DNA from: a virus
Taxonomy: Duplodnaviria; Heunggongvirae; Uroviricota; Caudoviricetes
IMG/VR virus record: IMGVR_UViG_3300031088_000793
Length of the DNA stretch: 64,000 nucleotides
Strand: one strand, 5' to 3'
Shown here: positions 27,089-36,621 of the stretch, in pieces
Layout of the letters: every line of letters begins with the position of its first letter
Numbering within the stretch: position 1 is the stretch's first letter
Program-made: the position numbers and the translations under genes
The notes under the pieces: generated by a model
The model's database searches: none
What the model was told of the DNA's origin: nothing
Seen by the model: only the letters and a program-made list of their open reading frames with translations

Positions 27089-27616
27089 TCAGCCGTCGGA
27101 TCCCTCGTCCTCGATGGCAGCGCCCTCCTTCGGGGGCCAGGAAAGCTCGCTGCAGGCGTGCATCTCATCGAGGATGGCTCGAGCGCTGGGATGTTCGGGG
27201 TTGGCCCTGATGAACTCGATGACCTTGACTCCCACCCGGGGCTGGAAGAGGGCGATGTACTCGCCGCTCTCCTCCCAGTGGGTCAGGATGCCGTTGATCT
27301 GACCGTCGGGGAGGTTGGAGTCCTTCTTGAGCGAGACCATGATCCAGACCCAGGCGTGGAGGAGCTTCGTCCGCAGCGACTCCTTGCGGTCACCGAGGAG
27401 TCCTCTGGTGAAGCTGTCCCGGCCGAGGAGCATCTTCAGATCGAAGGCTCGCCGGGCTCGCTTGGTCCAGTGGTTGTAGCCCGTGTAGTCGCTCTCGTAG
27501 CGGATGTGCTTGAGATCTCCCGTGTCCCGGGAGTAGGTCCAGCCATCCCGGCTGTCCTGGAACTTGGTGGCTACGAACTCCGCGAACTTGAGGATGTCGT
27601 CATCTCTCTTGTCCAT
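27089..27616 (-). CDS. Hypothetical protein
   Basis: SD GGAAAG. Confidence 0.7.
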   Translation of the reverse strand: MDKRDDDILKFAEFVATKFQDSRDGWTYSRDTGDLKHIRYESDYTGYNHWTKRARRAFDLKMLLGRDSFTRGLLGDRKESLRTKLLHAWVWIMVSLKKDSNLPDGQINGILTHWEESGEYIALFQPRVGVKVIEFIRANPEHPSARAILDEMHACSELSWPPKEGAAIEDEGSDG

Positions 27617-27653
27617 GCTTTCCTGCTTTCTCTAGTCTCTCGAAGATCGGGGC

Positions 27654-28139
27654 TCAGTAGCGGCTGCTACGGCTGTTGAGCCGGTCGTTGTGCCGCTTGA
27701 TCTCACGCTCCAGCTCAGGTGTGAGCTCGAGGCTGGGGCTGATACCCTGCGCTTCGAGCTCGGAGATCGAGAGGGTGAAGTTCGAGTCGTTGTAGTCACC
27801 CTCGCCGTAGGGGACTAGACCCGAGTCTGAGGCGTAGCGGTAGCCTCGCTGCCCCCTGCTGTCGGTGTAGAGCACCACGAGCTGGTCTCCGAGGAAGTGC
27901 GCCGCTCCGGAGTGGCCAGCCTGGATCTCCCGCGAGCTTCCCGGACCGATGCCCTGGACAGTCACCCGGCTCACCGTGGGCATCGACCAATAGAGGTCGG
28001 CGTGGTTCCTGTCGTTCGGGAGGTGGACGAAGAGAATCTCATCCCCAGGAGTGATCTGAGAGATGTCACGGACAGCGAACTCCTTGAGCTCGTTGAAGCG
28101 GCGCTCTTCGAGCGTCTGGGACTTCTCAATGAGGATCAT
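27654..28139 (-). CDS. Single-domain paralogue of 25811..26887
   Basis: FNELKEFAVRDISQITPGDEILFVH..YRY..D.G..PY..YN..NFT..SELE..G. Confidence 0.8.
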   Translation of the reverse strand: MILIEKSQTLEERRFNELKEFAVRDISQITPGDEILFVHLPNDRNHADLYWSMPTVSRVTVQGIGPGSSREIQAGHSGAAHFLGDQLVVLYTDSRGQRGYRYASDSGLVPYGEGDYNDSNFTLSISELEAQGISPSLELTPELEREIKRHNDRLNSRSSRY

Positions 28140-28251
28140 GGCTCTATTCCTAAGGGCGGTCGACTGAGTGGTGCGATCTGGTGTTCTGTGGATCCTGAAA
28201 GTGAGGAAGGGCTCCGGATTCCCGAAGGAATCCGGAGCCCTAGGAGTGCTG

Positions 28252-28572
28252 CTAGCTCGTGGCGGCAGCGTAGGCGACGGTGGCGATCTCGGCGAAGTCG
28301 ATGTAGTAGTTCTCGACCTCATTGTAGCCGCTGGAGTGACCGTGGTCCCAGGCGGCGTGGAAGACAGGAGCTGCGACGGCCTCGAGGCGGGCCGGGCCCA
28401 CCGTCTCACCGAGGTACTCGTGGGCCAGGGCGTCCGCGAACTCCTGGTTCATGGCGCGGTGGGCCTCCCGGTAGAAGAACATGGCCGCGGCGAGGTCGGC
28501 GCGGTCCGGGTAGTCCTCGACGGTGGGGTAGACGATGGCGTTGGCCCGAGCGGTGAAGTCAGTGGAAAGCAT
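28252..28572 (-). CDS. Phage-type hypothetical protein
   Basis: F..AWD.GHSSGY.EV..YY motif. Start moved to MLSTDF. Confidence 0.75.
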   Translation of the reverse strand: MLSTDFTARANAIVYPTVEDYPDRADLAAAMFFYREAHRAMNQEFADALAHEYLGETVGPARLEAVAAPVFHAAWDHGHSSGYNEVENYYIDFAEIATVAYAAATS

Positions 28573-28657
28573 GGGAATCTCCTTCAAGAGTGTGGCGGTC
28601 GTGTGGTGTAGCACCATCGTATGCCATGGATTTCTTCAGCGCAACATCTCTGGGAAA

Positions 28658-28915
28658 CTAGAGCTTCAGCCCCTTGCGGTTCAGCTCTCGAAGGAAGTCG
28701 TCCAGAGCCTCCGCGTCTGGAGCCGTCTTGATCAGTGCGATGGTCTCGGGAGAAACCCAGCCAGCGTTGGCGTAGAACCCGGATGTGAGGTAGAGCCCGA
28801 GCTCTCGAGCCGCATCCCGAGCAGCGCAGTGCTCCTCGAAGCTCGTAGCGAGGTTGAGCTGCACCATGAGCTCAGAGATGCAGGCAGCCCTGTGGGCAAC
28901 GGCGAAGCTCACCAT
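28658..28915 (-). CDS. Hypothetical protein
   Basis: Overlaps the upstream stop. Confidence 0.6.
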   Translation of the reverse strand: MVSFAVAHRAACISELMVQLNLATSFEEHCAARDAARELGLYLTSGFYANAGWVSPETIALIKTAPDAEALDDFLRELNRKGLKL

Positions 28916-29181
28916 CAGGACTCACTCTCCCGCTTGAGGCCCTCGGCCTCTGCGAACTCAGTTGCCTGGGAGCTCTCCAGGGGGCTCTTGAGGAAGAGCG
29001 CTCCCAGCTCCTGGCGAGCCCGGGGACTGTCGATGACCGCCTGGAGGAAGCTCCGAGCAAGGGCCTCGGCCTCTCCGCGCTCCTCCTCGTTGGCGACTCC
29101 GTAGTCGTCGAAGCCCTGAGCGTAGTGGGCTGCCTCGCTGAGCTCCTCCAGGAGCTCCTTGCTGAGATCGTCTGTGGTCAT
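28915..29181 (-). CDS. Hypothetical protein
   Basis: ACAGATG start. Confidence 0.7.
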   Translation of the reverse strand: MTTDDLSKELLEELSEAAHYAQGFDDYGVANEEERGEAEALARSFLQAVIDSPRARQELGALFLKSPLESSQATEFAEAEGLKRESES

Positions 29182-29194
29182 CTGTCGTCCTTTT

Positions 29195-29605
29195 CTATTT
29201 CTGCGAGCTTGCTTCTTCGCGCGTGAAGCCGAAGTCCGCCAGGGTCTCGGCCTGCGACCAGTAGCTGTGGCTCAGGGTGCCGCTGAACCTGGCGAGGACC
29301 TCCTGCGAGCTGAGCCCCTGGAAGTTGACGGTGCCCTGGGCGTCCTCGATGAGGGCGAGGAGACGAGCCTGCTTCAGGCCCTCGTCGAAGAGCATGTTGA
29401 GCGCTCCGCCGACGAGGTAGAAGCTGTAGGCGAAGGAGAGGAAGGAGCTGTCGGTGACTGCCTCGGTGTGGCAGGTGCAGCCGCAGTGCATGGGGCGGTC
29501 GCCGAGGATCGCCTTGTCGCAGTAGATGTGGTTGTCGATGGAGCACAGGATGGAGACGCGGCGCTCGGGGAGCTTCGCGGCGTTGGGAGCGGTGACGGTG
29601 TCCAT
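29195..29605 (-). CDS. Protein with an N-terminal Cys/His metal-binding cluster
   Basis: C..D.H..C........CGCTCH. Start moved to MDTVT. Confidence 0.75.
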   Translation of the reverse strand: MDTVTAPNAAKLPERRVSILCSIDNHIYCDKAILGDRPMHCGCTCHTEAVTDSSFLSFAYSFYLVGGALNMLFDEGLKQARLLALIEDAQGTVNFQGLSSQEVLARFSGTLSHSYWSQAETLADFGFTREEASSQK

Positions 29606-29767
29606 GGGAAGGCCTCTCTGCGGGGGATGGTGAGTCCCGGTGATGTGGTGTAGTTCGCACAATACAACGAGCTAGAGCCCAGCGCAACGATCAGTTTTTG
29701 CTGGGCTCTAGGGAGGTAGAGCGACGAGTAGAAGGCGGGGTGCAGATGTCAGCACCCCGCCTTCCGC

Positions 29768-30313
29768 TCAGCGACCGAAGAGAGCGATGCGAGTGCGCTC
29801 CGCGTCCTCGTAGCTGTCGAGGCCACCCATGGGGGTTCCGCCGGAGCCGAAGCGGTTTCCCTCGAGGTCGAGGAGGTAGAAGAGGCCGTAGTCACCCTCT
29901 CGGATGATGACCTTGTGGCCCTGGGCGATCTCAGCCTGCTCCTCGGTGAGGAACTCGATGGGCGTCTTGGAGTCGTAGATCTCGCTGAAGGCCTCTCGCA
30001 CGCCGTCCGGGGTCTCCCAGACGATCCGAGTGGTCACGCCGATCTCGTCCTCGCTGATGCCGCCGGTGTGGACCGCCTCGACCTTGCGGAGGCCGTAGTG
30101 GCTGGAGACCGCCCAGTCACCGGGGCGGAGGTAGTCCCGGCGGACCATGCGGCCACCCTTCTGAGGCCAGCTGAGCCGGGGACGCTCCATCCAACCCCAC
30201 TCGGGGCCGCCGGTGGCGGAGCGCTCCAGGGTGGTGCAGTTGATGAAGGGCTCTGGGTCGGTGGGTCGCTGGTAGCCGTGGAGCTGAGTCTGGGTCTGAG
30301 TGGTGGTGTCCAT
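29768..30313 (-). CDS. Hypothetical protein
   Basis: Leaderless. Promoter/start 30-mer identical to 62853-62882. Confidence 0.8.
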   Translation of the reverse strand: MDTTTQTQTQLHGYQRPTDPEPFINCTTLERSATGGPEWGWMERPRLSWPQKGGRMVRRDYLRPGDWAVSSHYGLRKVEAVHTGGISEDEIGVTTRIVWETPDGVREAFSEIYDSKTPIEFLTEEQAEIAQGHKVIIREGDYGLFYLLDLEGNRFGSGGTPMGGLDSYEDAERTRIALFGR

Positions 30314-30510
30314 GGAGGCTACGCTACACCCTGAGCTCAGCCTGTCAACGGTCAGTTCCATCCTTGATCTAAGCCCTCGGAGCTCTGAGCCACAGTCATT
30401 GCATCGCTATCTGCTCAGCCTCACTCAGAGCAGCTCCTACGGCCTACTGCGGCACTATCCGGCCCACCTTTGGCACAGTAGCGCTGATTCAGGGAGGCTC
30501 AGAGATGAGC

Positions 30511-30550
30511 AGATTTGAACAGACTTGATAAGACTTTGAAACATTTTGAA
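30511..30550. repeat. Four AT-rich repeats in 10-bp phase
   Basis: AGATTTGAAC, AGACTTGATA, AGACTTTGAA, ACATTTTGAA in tandem. Confidence 0.7.
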
Positions 30551-30648
30551 GTGAAATTCGTCATTTCTCATCGCTTTTGCCGATATTACATGTGTAACAA
30601 GTTACCATTCAAGCGATGCCCTGATAGGCAGATAAGAAGGAAAGCACC

Positions 30649-31404
30649 ATGACAAGAACAATCAGAGAGGCAACCCCCTCCGAAGTAGAAGCCATCCTAG
30701 ACAGCCTCACCTGGGCCACTGAGTGGCCCGAAGTGCTGAAGGACTTCCTCGCTCTTCACCCCGAGGTGAAGCTTCCCCACAACCCCAGCGACCGAAACAT
30801 CGGCCAGCAGATGGTGGCAATCTTCGCCGCCAACCTCGGCATCGGCTTCAACCGAAGCCACCTCACCAGCTTCGGCGAGGCTCTGGGAAGGTCTACCGGA
30901 GATGCTATCCAGTGGGCCAACAAGACCGAGCAGGTCGGAATCAAGCTGGATAAGACCTCTCGCAAGGCTCCAGCCTATGGCTTCGCTGAGCTCACATTCA
31001 AGGACAGGTTCCTGAAGAACAGGTTTGACCTCACCAGCACCGAGGGTAGGGCTCAGAGCGAAGTCAAGAACAGGCTCTACCTCAAGGAGCTCAGCGAGGG
31101 TCCCTACGAGAGGGGCCACAAGGACCCCACTCTGCCCCTCAGCGACGACAATCTCGTGATGCAGCCTCAGGAAATCAACCGCTCCTATCGGGACCGCTAC
31201 ATCTTTGACGACAACGGCCTTCCCAAGGCTCCCAATCCCTTCAAGCTCATTGAGGACCCCACAGCCTACTATGACAGCAGGGCTCACATTGAGGCTCTGG
31301 CCAAGGGGCTCGCTGAGTGGCTAGCTGCCAATCCGGAGGCTGCGGTTCCAGATGCTGAGGGCGATGAGAGCTCCGAGGACGGTAGCGACTCCGAGGATAG
31401 CTAA
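30649..31404 (+). CDS. Putative HNH (beta-beta-alpha-Me) endonuclease
   Basis: YERGHKDP.LPLSDDNLVMQPQEINRSYRDRYIFD..G fits an H-N-N core. SD AAGGAAAG, AT-rich upstream. Confidence 0.6.
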   Translation: MTRTIREATPSEVEAILDSLTWATEWPEVLKDFLALHPEVKLPHNPSDRNIGQQMVAIFAANLGIGFNRSHLTSFGEALGRSTGDAIQWANKTEQVGIKLDKTSRKAPAYGFAELTFKDRFLKNRFDLTSTEGRAQSEVKNRLYLKELSEGPYERGHKDPTLPLSDDNLVMQPQEINRSYRDRYIFDDNGLPKAPNPFKLIEDPTAYYDSRAHIEALAKGLAEWLAANPEAAVPDAEGDESSEDGSDSEDS

Positions 31405-31412
31405 GCCCAACG

Positions 31413-31452
31413 GGAAGAGCCCCAGTCACTTCGCGGTGACTGGGGCTCTTCC
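31413..31452 (+). terminator. 17-bp stem terminator after the HNH gene
   Basis: GGAAGAGCCCCAGTCAC/GTGACTGGGGCTCTTCC. Confidence 0.8.
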
Positions 31453-31678
31453 TCTGTGGTCTCTAGTTGACTACGACGGATCCTACGACCCAGAGGATGT
31501 GCAATGGAGCCCAACCGAAGAGGGCTGTAAGACAGATCGCCGTTTCCGCGCTTCGGAACCCCTTGGTCATTGCTGCTAGAGCAGCCCTGGGCCGAGACGC
31601 TTTCTGAAGTTCGATACCTACAGTCTCAGTGAGGAAGAGCATGGTCTACTTCTTTCTTGGGTTGACTGTTGGGCTACG

Positions 31679-32350
31679 CTACCGAATGCTTTTGGGGGTG
31701 ATGTGGACGATCTCAGAGGCGACTTCATTGAGGTAGCTCAGATCAGCCTCGACGAGATCGTGGTCATCGTCGATCTCATAGATCAGCCCATTGCGGTAGA
31801 CATGGTCATAGCCGTCGATGGAGTAGTAGCACCCCTCTCGGAGATTGGCGAGCTGAGAGCGAATCAAATCGCTGGGCTCCCCTGTCTCGCAATAGCCCTC
31901 TGAGATCGAGATGTGCTGCTGAGCAGGACCACAGGGAGCGTGGGACTCAAAGCGAGCCTCCAGCCTGCGCTCCAGGCGGTCAGCAACCTTCCTAGTGCAG
32001 TGCTGACGCTTGACGGCTCCGAGCTCAGAGAGGGGAAGACAGCCCAGGAGCTCCGCCTCATCCCTCCTGAAGACGGTCTGAGTGGAGGATGACTGAAGAT
32101 GCCCCTCGGCTACCGAGTACTTGCTGACGAGCCACTCCTCGCCCCAGCTGCCCAGGGTCTGGATCTCCTCTGCGGAGAACCAGAGCATGAGCCGAAAGAA
32201 GTCAGCGAAGCCGAAGCTCATGGAGTCATCCACGCTCAGTCCCTCGAGATCAGGCTCGGGATGGAGATGAGAGCTGTACTGGAACCGGGGAGCGATCCTG
32301 GAGTAGGGACCGAAGCCCTCCCAGTTCTCTACCCGGTAGACGATGGCCAT
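31679..32350 (-). CDS. Phage-type conserved protein (YRVE..G.GPY..HP.P..FGF..WF)
   Basis: Start moved to MAIVYR. The track ORF reads across the upstream gene. Confidence 0.7.
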   Translation of the reverse strand: MAIVYRVENWEGFGPYSRIAPRFQYSSHLHPEPDLEGLSVDDSMSFGFADFFRLMLWFSAEEIQTLGSWGEEWLVSKYSVAEGHLQSSSTQTVFRRDEAELLGCLPLSELGAVKRQHCTRKVADRLERRLEARFESHAPCGPAQQHISISEGYCETGEPSDLIRSQLANLREGCYYSIDGYDHVYRNGLIYEIDDDHDLVEADLSYLNEVASEIVHITPKSIR

Positions 32351-32360
32351 GGGCTTCAGC

Positions 32361-33278
32361 CTAGGGAGTGTCCACGCCCGCAGCGGTGGAGGGACCGCCG
32401 GGTCGCCAGCCTGCCTCGATGATCCGCTCAGCGGCCTCGAAGCTGTTGCGGACGCCGTCTCGCTCCTCGTAGCCCAGGGGCATGAGGTTGGCCAGGGCCT
32501 CCACGGCCTCGGGAGCCACGGGACCGGCAGCTGCACTGAGCTTGCCGACGATGGCACCAGCAGTGTCCACGATGTTGTCAGCCCGGTGCTCTGGGTGGAG
32601 CTCGACGCTGAGCCCAGCGTCCCAGAGGATGTCCTCGATGGCGTCCTGGAGCTCGTGGCTCTGATCCAGCGCGGGCGCAACCCGAGCGTGGCGCTGCCAG
32701 AAGAGCGTAGCCTTGAGCCACTCCTCTGCGCTGTACTCCCGGAAGGTGCCGCCCTTGAGCCTGGCAGCGTTGCGGGCCATGGTGGCCGGGTGCATGGGGA
32801 CCTCTTCGCCGTCGGGCGTCTCGGGGTCGGCGAGGATGGCCACGATCTCCCACTCAGCATCGGAGGAGCGGTCGTCGTCCTTGGCGAGCACATCGGCCCG
32901 GTAGATCACGATGCCCACAGATGCTGCCTGAGCGGGCTCGATGCCGCGGAGGATCAGCGTGGGAACTGCCTCCTCGCGCTCCCGGCGGGGGTTGTAGACC
33001 ACCTCGAGGAGTCGCTTGTTCTGCTCGGTGATCCGAACGATCTCAGTGAAGAAGCCCTCGGTGGGGAGCTCCACGATGCGGACATCTCCGTCCACAGAGC
33101 CGACGCCCGGCTTCCAGCTCTCGGAGTGCTTCGAGGTCAGTGCCTCGAGGTCCTCGAAGCTCCCGGAGAACTTGCGGTTGCCCTTGGTCTTCTCGACGGC
33201 CTCTCGGAGGAAGCCGCTCACGGCGATCTTACCAGGAACGACCTGGACGCCGTGGGAAAGTTCAGTCTGCTCAGTCAT
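32361..33278 (-). CDS. DUF3228-like protein
   Basis: V.IVIY..DVL....A.WEIVAI...E.PMHP.TMARN...GG...A.FW..HA. Confidence 0.75.
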   Translation of the reverse strand: MTEQTELSHGVQVVPGKIAVSGFLREAVEKTKGNRKFSGSFEDLEALTSKHSESWKPGVGSVDGDVRIVELPTEGFFTEIVRITEQNKRLLEVVYNPRREREEAVPTLILRGIEPAQAASVGIVIYRADVLAKDDDRSSDAEWEIVAILADPETPDGEEVPMHPATMARNAARLKGGTFREYSAEEWLKATLFWQRHARVAPALDQSHELQDAIEDILWDAGLSVELHPEHRADNIVDTAGAIVGKLSAAAGPVAPEAVEALANLMPLGYEERDGVRNSFEAAERIIEAGWRPGGPSTAAGVDTP

Positions 33279-33340
33279 GGATCCATGCTACATGGATCGG
33301 CCGTAGACCGCAACAGTAGGGTCTACAGATCCTGTGTCAA

Positions 33341-33841
33341 CTACTCAGACTGCCAATCCAGGAAGGGCTCTACCACGCTCCTGGCGTACTCCATGTGCTG
33401 AGGAGGGAGATGGGGAGCGACGATGCGCTCAGCTTCAGCAGAGCTCATGTCCTGCACGCCACCTCCTTCGCCGAAGTAGATCTCTGAGCGACTCCAGGAC
33501 CCCGAGATGTCCCAGTACACACCCTCGGTATCAAGCGCGTAGCAATGGCGGACCATGAGCTCTCCATCGACACCGGGGCGGTCTGTAGACACCGCTAGCG
33601 TCCGAGTGCCGAAGTGCTCAGCAAGCGCTACTGCGAAGCCAAGACACTGCCCAGCCTTGAATATGGAGTGACCATCGCTTTCGAACTCACCGAGCTCCAT
33701 GATGTTCTCATAGCCCTGGCTGTCGATGACTACGACTTCGTTCTCTTCGAGATCGTCCTTGGACGAGTCTAGCCACTCTCTGAGCTCTTCCAGAGACTTG
33801 GGTAGAAGATCGCCACTCTGAAGTTCAGTCTGCTCAGTCAT
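33341..33841 (-). CDS. Papain-fold (Cys-His-Asp) protein
   Basis: GQC..FA.AL...HCYA....YWDISG. Confidence 0.6.
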   Translation of the reverse strand: MTEQTELQSGDLLPKSLEELREWLDSSKDDLEENEVVVIDSQGYENIMELGEFESDGHSIFKAGQCLGFAVALAEHFGTRTLAVSTDRPGVDGELMVRHCYALDTEGVYWDISGSWSRSEIYFGEGGGVQDMSSAEAERIVAPHLPPQHMEYARSVVEPFLDWQSE

Positions 33842-34204
33842 GGATCCATGCTAACATGGATTGACTGGAGGCAGCAACGGCAGAGACCTACCGGTGGAGC
33901 TCAGGAACCCCGGGGAGCGGGAGCGAGCACCTGAAGAGCAGTTGAGAGAACCTCGAGGATACGCTCTGCTTCGATGCCCGTGAGCTCGTCGAAGGCCAGT
34001 GTTCTACCGGTCATGCTGCTGTTCTCGGCCATGGTCATTCCCCTGATCCTGTGGTCCTAAGCCGGCGAGCGGTTACCCGTCGATGTGGTCTGTATTCTAA
34101 CGACTGAAGTCCTTCAGCTGTCCGAAGCTTGCACAGAAAAGCCGGAGCGTCTGACCGTAGATGCTCCGGCTCTCTGGGACTGTGCTGGGATCAGTCCTTG
34201 GCGC

Positions 34205-34534
34205 TCAGAGGTCGCTCTTCGAGATCTCGCGGATGGTGGTGCCCTCGGGGACGATGATGGTGGCCTTCACCGAGTAGCTGCAGAGGTCCTCGTCCACCTC
34301 GAAGCTCTGGGGCCAGGCGGGGAGCTTGTAGTCCTCCTCGTACTGGGCGAGAGCGACGGTCCAGGTGCCGTTGGGCCGGTAGTCCACGAAGACCAGGGCA
34401 GTGTCGCCGTCGGGGGCCTCGATGACGCCGATCCAGGAGCCGTTGGGCTTGCTGAACTCGTCGCCGCCCGAGATGCCGTCCACCTCGATGAGGTCGTCCG
34501 AAGAGCCGAAGATGGTCAGGGTCTGTGTTGCCAT
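34205..34534 (-). CDS. Phage-type protein (G.SDDLIE)
   Basis: Start moved to MATQTL. Confidence 0.75.
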   Translation of the reverse strand: MATQTLTIFGSSDDLIEVDGISGGDEFSKPNGSWIGVIEAPDGDTALVFVDYRPNGTWTVALAQYEEDYKLPAWPQSFEVDEDLCSYSVKATIIVPEGTTIREISKSDL

Positions 34535-34589
34535 GGGGATTTCTCCTTCTAGTATTGTGGTTGAGTGGTCAGAGTGCCTGGAGCTGAGA

Positions 34590-34961
34590 TCAGCTGAAGA
34601 TCTCGCTCCGGGGAGTGGTGGGGTAGGCGTCCCAGAGCTGCTCCAGCTCCCCGCTGTAGCCTCCCCGGCGGAGGAGATCCTCCACGAGGCCGTGGGCATC
34701 CCAGGCGCTCGAGTGGAAGATGGCCCGGTCGAGGATCTCTCCGGGGAAGTTCTGAAGTCCCTCCAGGGTGGTCCCGGGATGGAGGACGAAGTCGAGCCAG
34801 AGCTCACTGATCCGCTTGCCGCTGGCCTTGAGCCCGGCGAAGTACTCGAGAGCCTCATCCCAGCGCCGGATCACCACAGCGCCATCCCGGAAGCCAGGGA
34901 CGAAGCTGCGCTCGTCATCGAAGAGCACCACGAGGGGCTCGGTCTGCGGACTGTTCTCCAT
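34590..34961 (-). CDS. Receiver-like domain of the cyclic-phosphate-processing (cREC) type, degenerate
   Basis: LFDDER..EAL..I.ELWLDFVL..IFHS, with DFVL in place of the usual DHDLG. Confidence 0.6.
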   Translation of the reverse strand: MENSPQTEPLVVLFDDERSFVPGFRDGAVVIRRWDEALEYFAGLKASGKRISELWLDFVLHPGTTLEGLQNFPGEILDRAIFHSSAWDAHGLVEDLLRRGGYSGELEQLWDAYPTTPRSEIFS

Positions 34962-34976
34962 GGTCCTATCCTTCTC

Positions 34977-35201
34977 TCAGCGGTAGCTCAGAGCGAGCTT
35001 GGGGTTCTTCTTGTAGAGCCGGTCCAGCCGCCTGCGACCCTCTGCAGAGGGGCCTCGGTTGCCGTTCTCAGCCGCGCTGTAGCGCTGGCCCCGGTTCTCG
35101 CAGTCCACGCACCAGCAGGGACTGCCGTCGATCCTCGCCCAGGGGCCGCTGTTGCCCTCGCGGAGGTCTTCTCGACCTGTGATCCTGTTCAGTGTGGCCA
35201 T
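34977..35201 (-). CDS. Small Cys-containing protein
   Basis: CWCVDC. Start moved to MATLN. Confidence 0.65.
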   Translation of the reverse strand: MATLNRITGREDLREGNSGPWARIDGSPCWCVDCENRGQRYSAAENGNRGPSAEGRRRLDRLYKKNPKLALSYR

Positions 35202-35266
35202 GGCCTGTCCTCCGTATGGTTTGGGATCGACGCTATCACGGTGGCCCATCGAGGGCAACCGGCTGT

Positions 35267-35443
35267 CTACTGGGGAACCTCTCGGGTCCAGCTTGAGCCG
35301 CAGTCGGGGCAGCTGTAGCGATCACAGCAACCCTCGGCGCACTCGCCCAGATCCTTGCCGTTGGGGTGGAGGTAGCGCTTGCCGGAGTCGATGGACTCCG
35401 CCGTCCTACAGTCGATCCAGCTGGTCTCAGTTGCTGTGGCCAC
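35267..35443 (-). CDS. 58-aa Zn-ribbon protein, not in the ORF track
   Basis: Manual translation: ...HPNGKDLGECAEGCCDRYSCPDCGSSWTREVPQ. GTG start just after the upstream stop. Confidence 0.7.
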   Translation of the reverse strand: MATATETSWIDCRTAESIDSGKRYLHPNGKDLGECAEGCCDRYSCPDCGSSWTREVPQ

Positions 35444-35445
35444 GA

Positions 35446-35988
35446 TCAGAACTTCCTTCCGAGCATGCTGCGAGTCTCGTCTTCGTCTTCCCGGCGCATT
35501 CGCCGAGCTTCAGCCAGGGCCTCCGCAATCTCTTCCTCAGAGCGATCCCCGACCATGGTCCTATCATAGACGAGGATGTTGACCCAGCTGTTGGGGCCGA
35601 AGCGACGCTCCCTGACCTGCTCCAGGAGCGTCCGCTCGTCCTCCTCGATGGGAGTGTGGCTCCGGGGAGGATCCACGATGAGCTCTGCGCCGGGAGCGGG
35701 GCGACCCACGAGCATGTGGATCCAGTGCTTCAGCGACTGTCCCCACTCGCTTCCGGGGATGATGAAGCCGTGATTGTCGCCCTCGAGCCAGTGGCTCACG
35801 AAGCGCCGTGCTGCCTCGATCTGAGCGGGAGTGGGTCCCTTGCCGTAGTTGGGGCTGTGATCCCCGTACCAGACGAGCTCAGAGGCTGCGGGCATGGTGC
35901 CGTCCTCTGCCTCGAGGGCTGAGAGCCAGTTCTTGGCTGAGTCATCCCCTGCCGGCGCTGCCGGGATTCGATCTTCTGAGCTGTCCAT
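35446..35988 (-). CDS. Hypothetical protein
   Basis: Leaderless TTGTGC/TAGGAT promoter. Confidence 0.75.
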   Translation of the reverse strand: MDSSEDRIPAAPAGDDSAKNWLSALEAEDGTMPAASELVWYGDHSPNYGKGPTPAQIEAARRFVSHWLEGDNHGFIIPGSEWGQSLKHWIHMLVGRPAPGAELIVDPPRSHTPIEEDERTLLEQVRERRFGPNSWVNILVYDRTMVGDRSEEEIAEALAEARRMRREDEDETRSMLGRKF

Positions 35989-36057
35989 AGGAGCATCCTA
36001 CACGAAGCACCGACTCGGCACAACCGGAGCGCCTAGCTGTCAGCGCTCCCATTCTAG

Positions 36058-36573
36058 CTAGTGATCGTTGGAGTATTCGGAGAACAGAACCTTCGGGCTC
36101 TTGGACTCTGGATCGTCGAGTCTAACCGTGATCTCGTGGCCAGAGGAATCCCTTGCCTGAGCCTCATTGCCGTCGGTGAGCTCATCGACTTCGGCAGACT
36201 TTAGCTCTAGTTCGTAGTTGCTCTCGAAGAATTCCACAACCGCTACTCGATAGCTTTCCCTTGCTGCCTCCCTCTCAGGTCGCTGAGATTCACCCACGAT
36301 GGCGACCCCGCCGAGCCACAGCAGGGAGAGACCCACGAAGGATACTACAGTGATTATCTGACCCCTGACTCCTCGCTTTACTCGGTCCCGATTATTCTCT
36401 GATCCGGCAACGGCTGTCCTGGCTGCAAAGACGAGGAACACAGCAAGGCTTCCAAGGAGGGTCGCAAGGAAGATCAACATGAAGATACCCGCTGCACGGG
36501 CATCGGCAGACGGGATTTCGTAGACGGGGAACATGGCGGTCCTATTCTGGCTGATCAGCATGGTTGCTTTCAT
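36058..36573 (-). CDS. 2-TM membrane protein, paralogue of 38416..39051
   Basis: Y..AV......Y..EL....D...G....A....G.......D..S. Confidence 0.75.
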   Translation of the reverse strand: MKATMLISQNRTAMFPVYEIPSADARAAGIFMLIFLATLLGSLAVFLVFAARTAVAGSENNRDRVKRGVRGQIITVVSFVGLSLLWLGGVAIVGESQRPEREAARESYRVAVVEFFESNYELELKSAEVDELTDGNEAQARDSSGHEITVRLDDPESKSPKVLFSEYSNDH

Positions 36574-36621
36574 CCTATCGAGGAACGCTAGAGCTACACA
36601 GATGCCGACAGCATACGCTGT

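Noticed and set aside
31679-32893. Extended track ORFs that read across upstream genes (also 18528..19169, 25480..26070, 27654..28409, 34205..34858, 45107..46108)
   Set aside because: The 5' parts are Ser/Pro/Arg-rich alternate frames of the upstream gene. Internal ATGs with an SD or promoter give the credible starts.
33901-34032. 43-aa minus-strand ORF MAENSSMTG...
   Set aside because: Plausible but with no motif, paralogue or clear promoter, so support is too weak to list.
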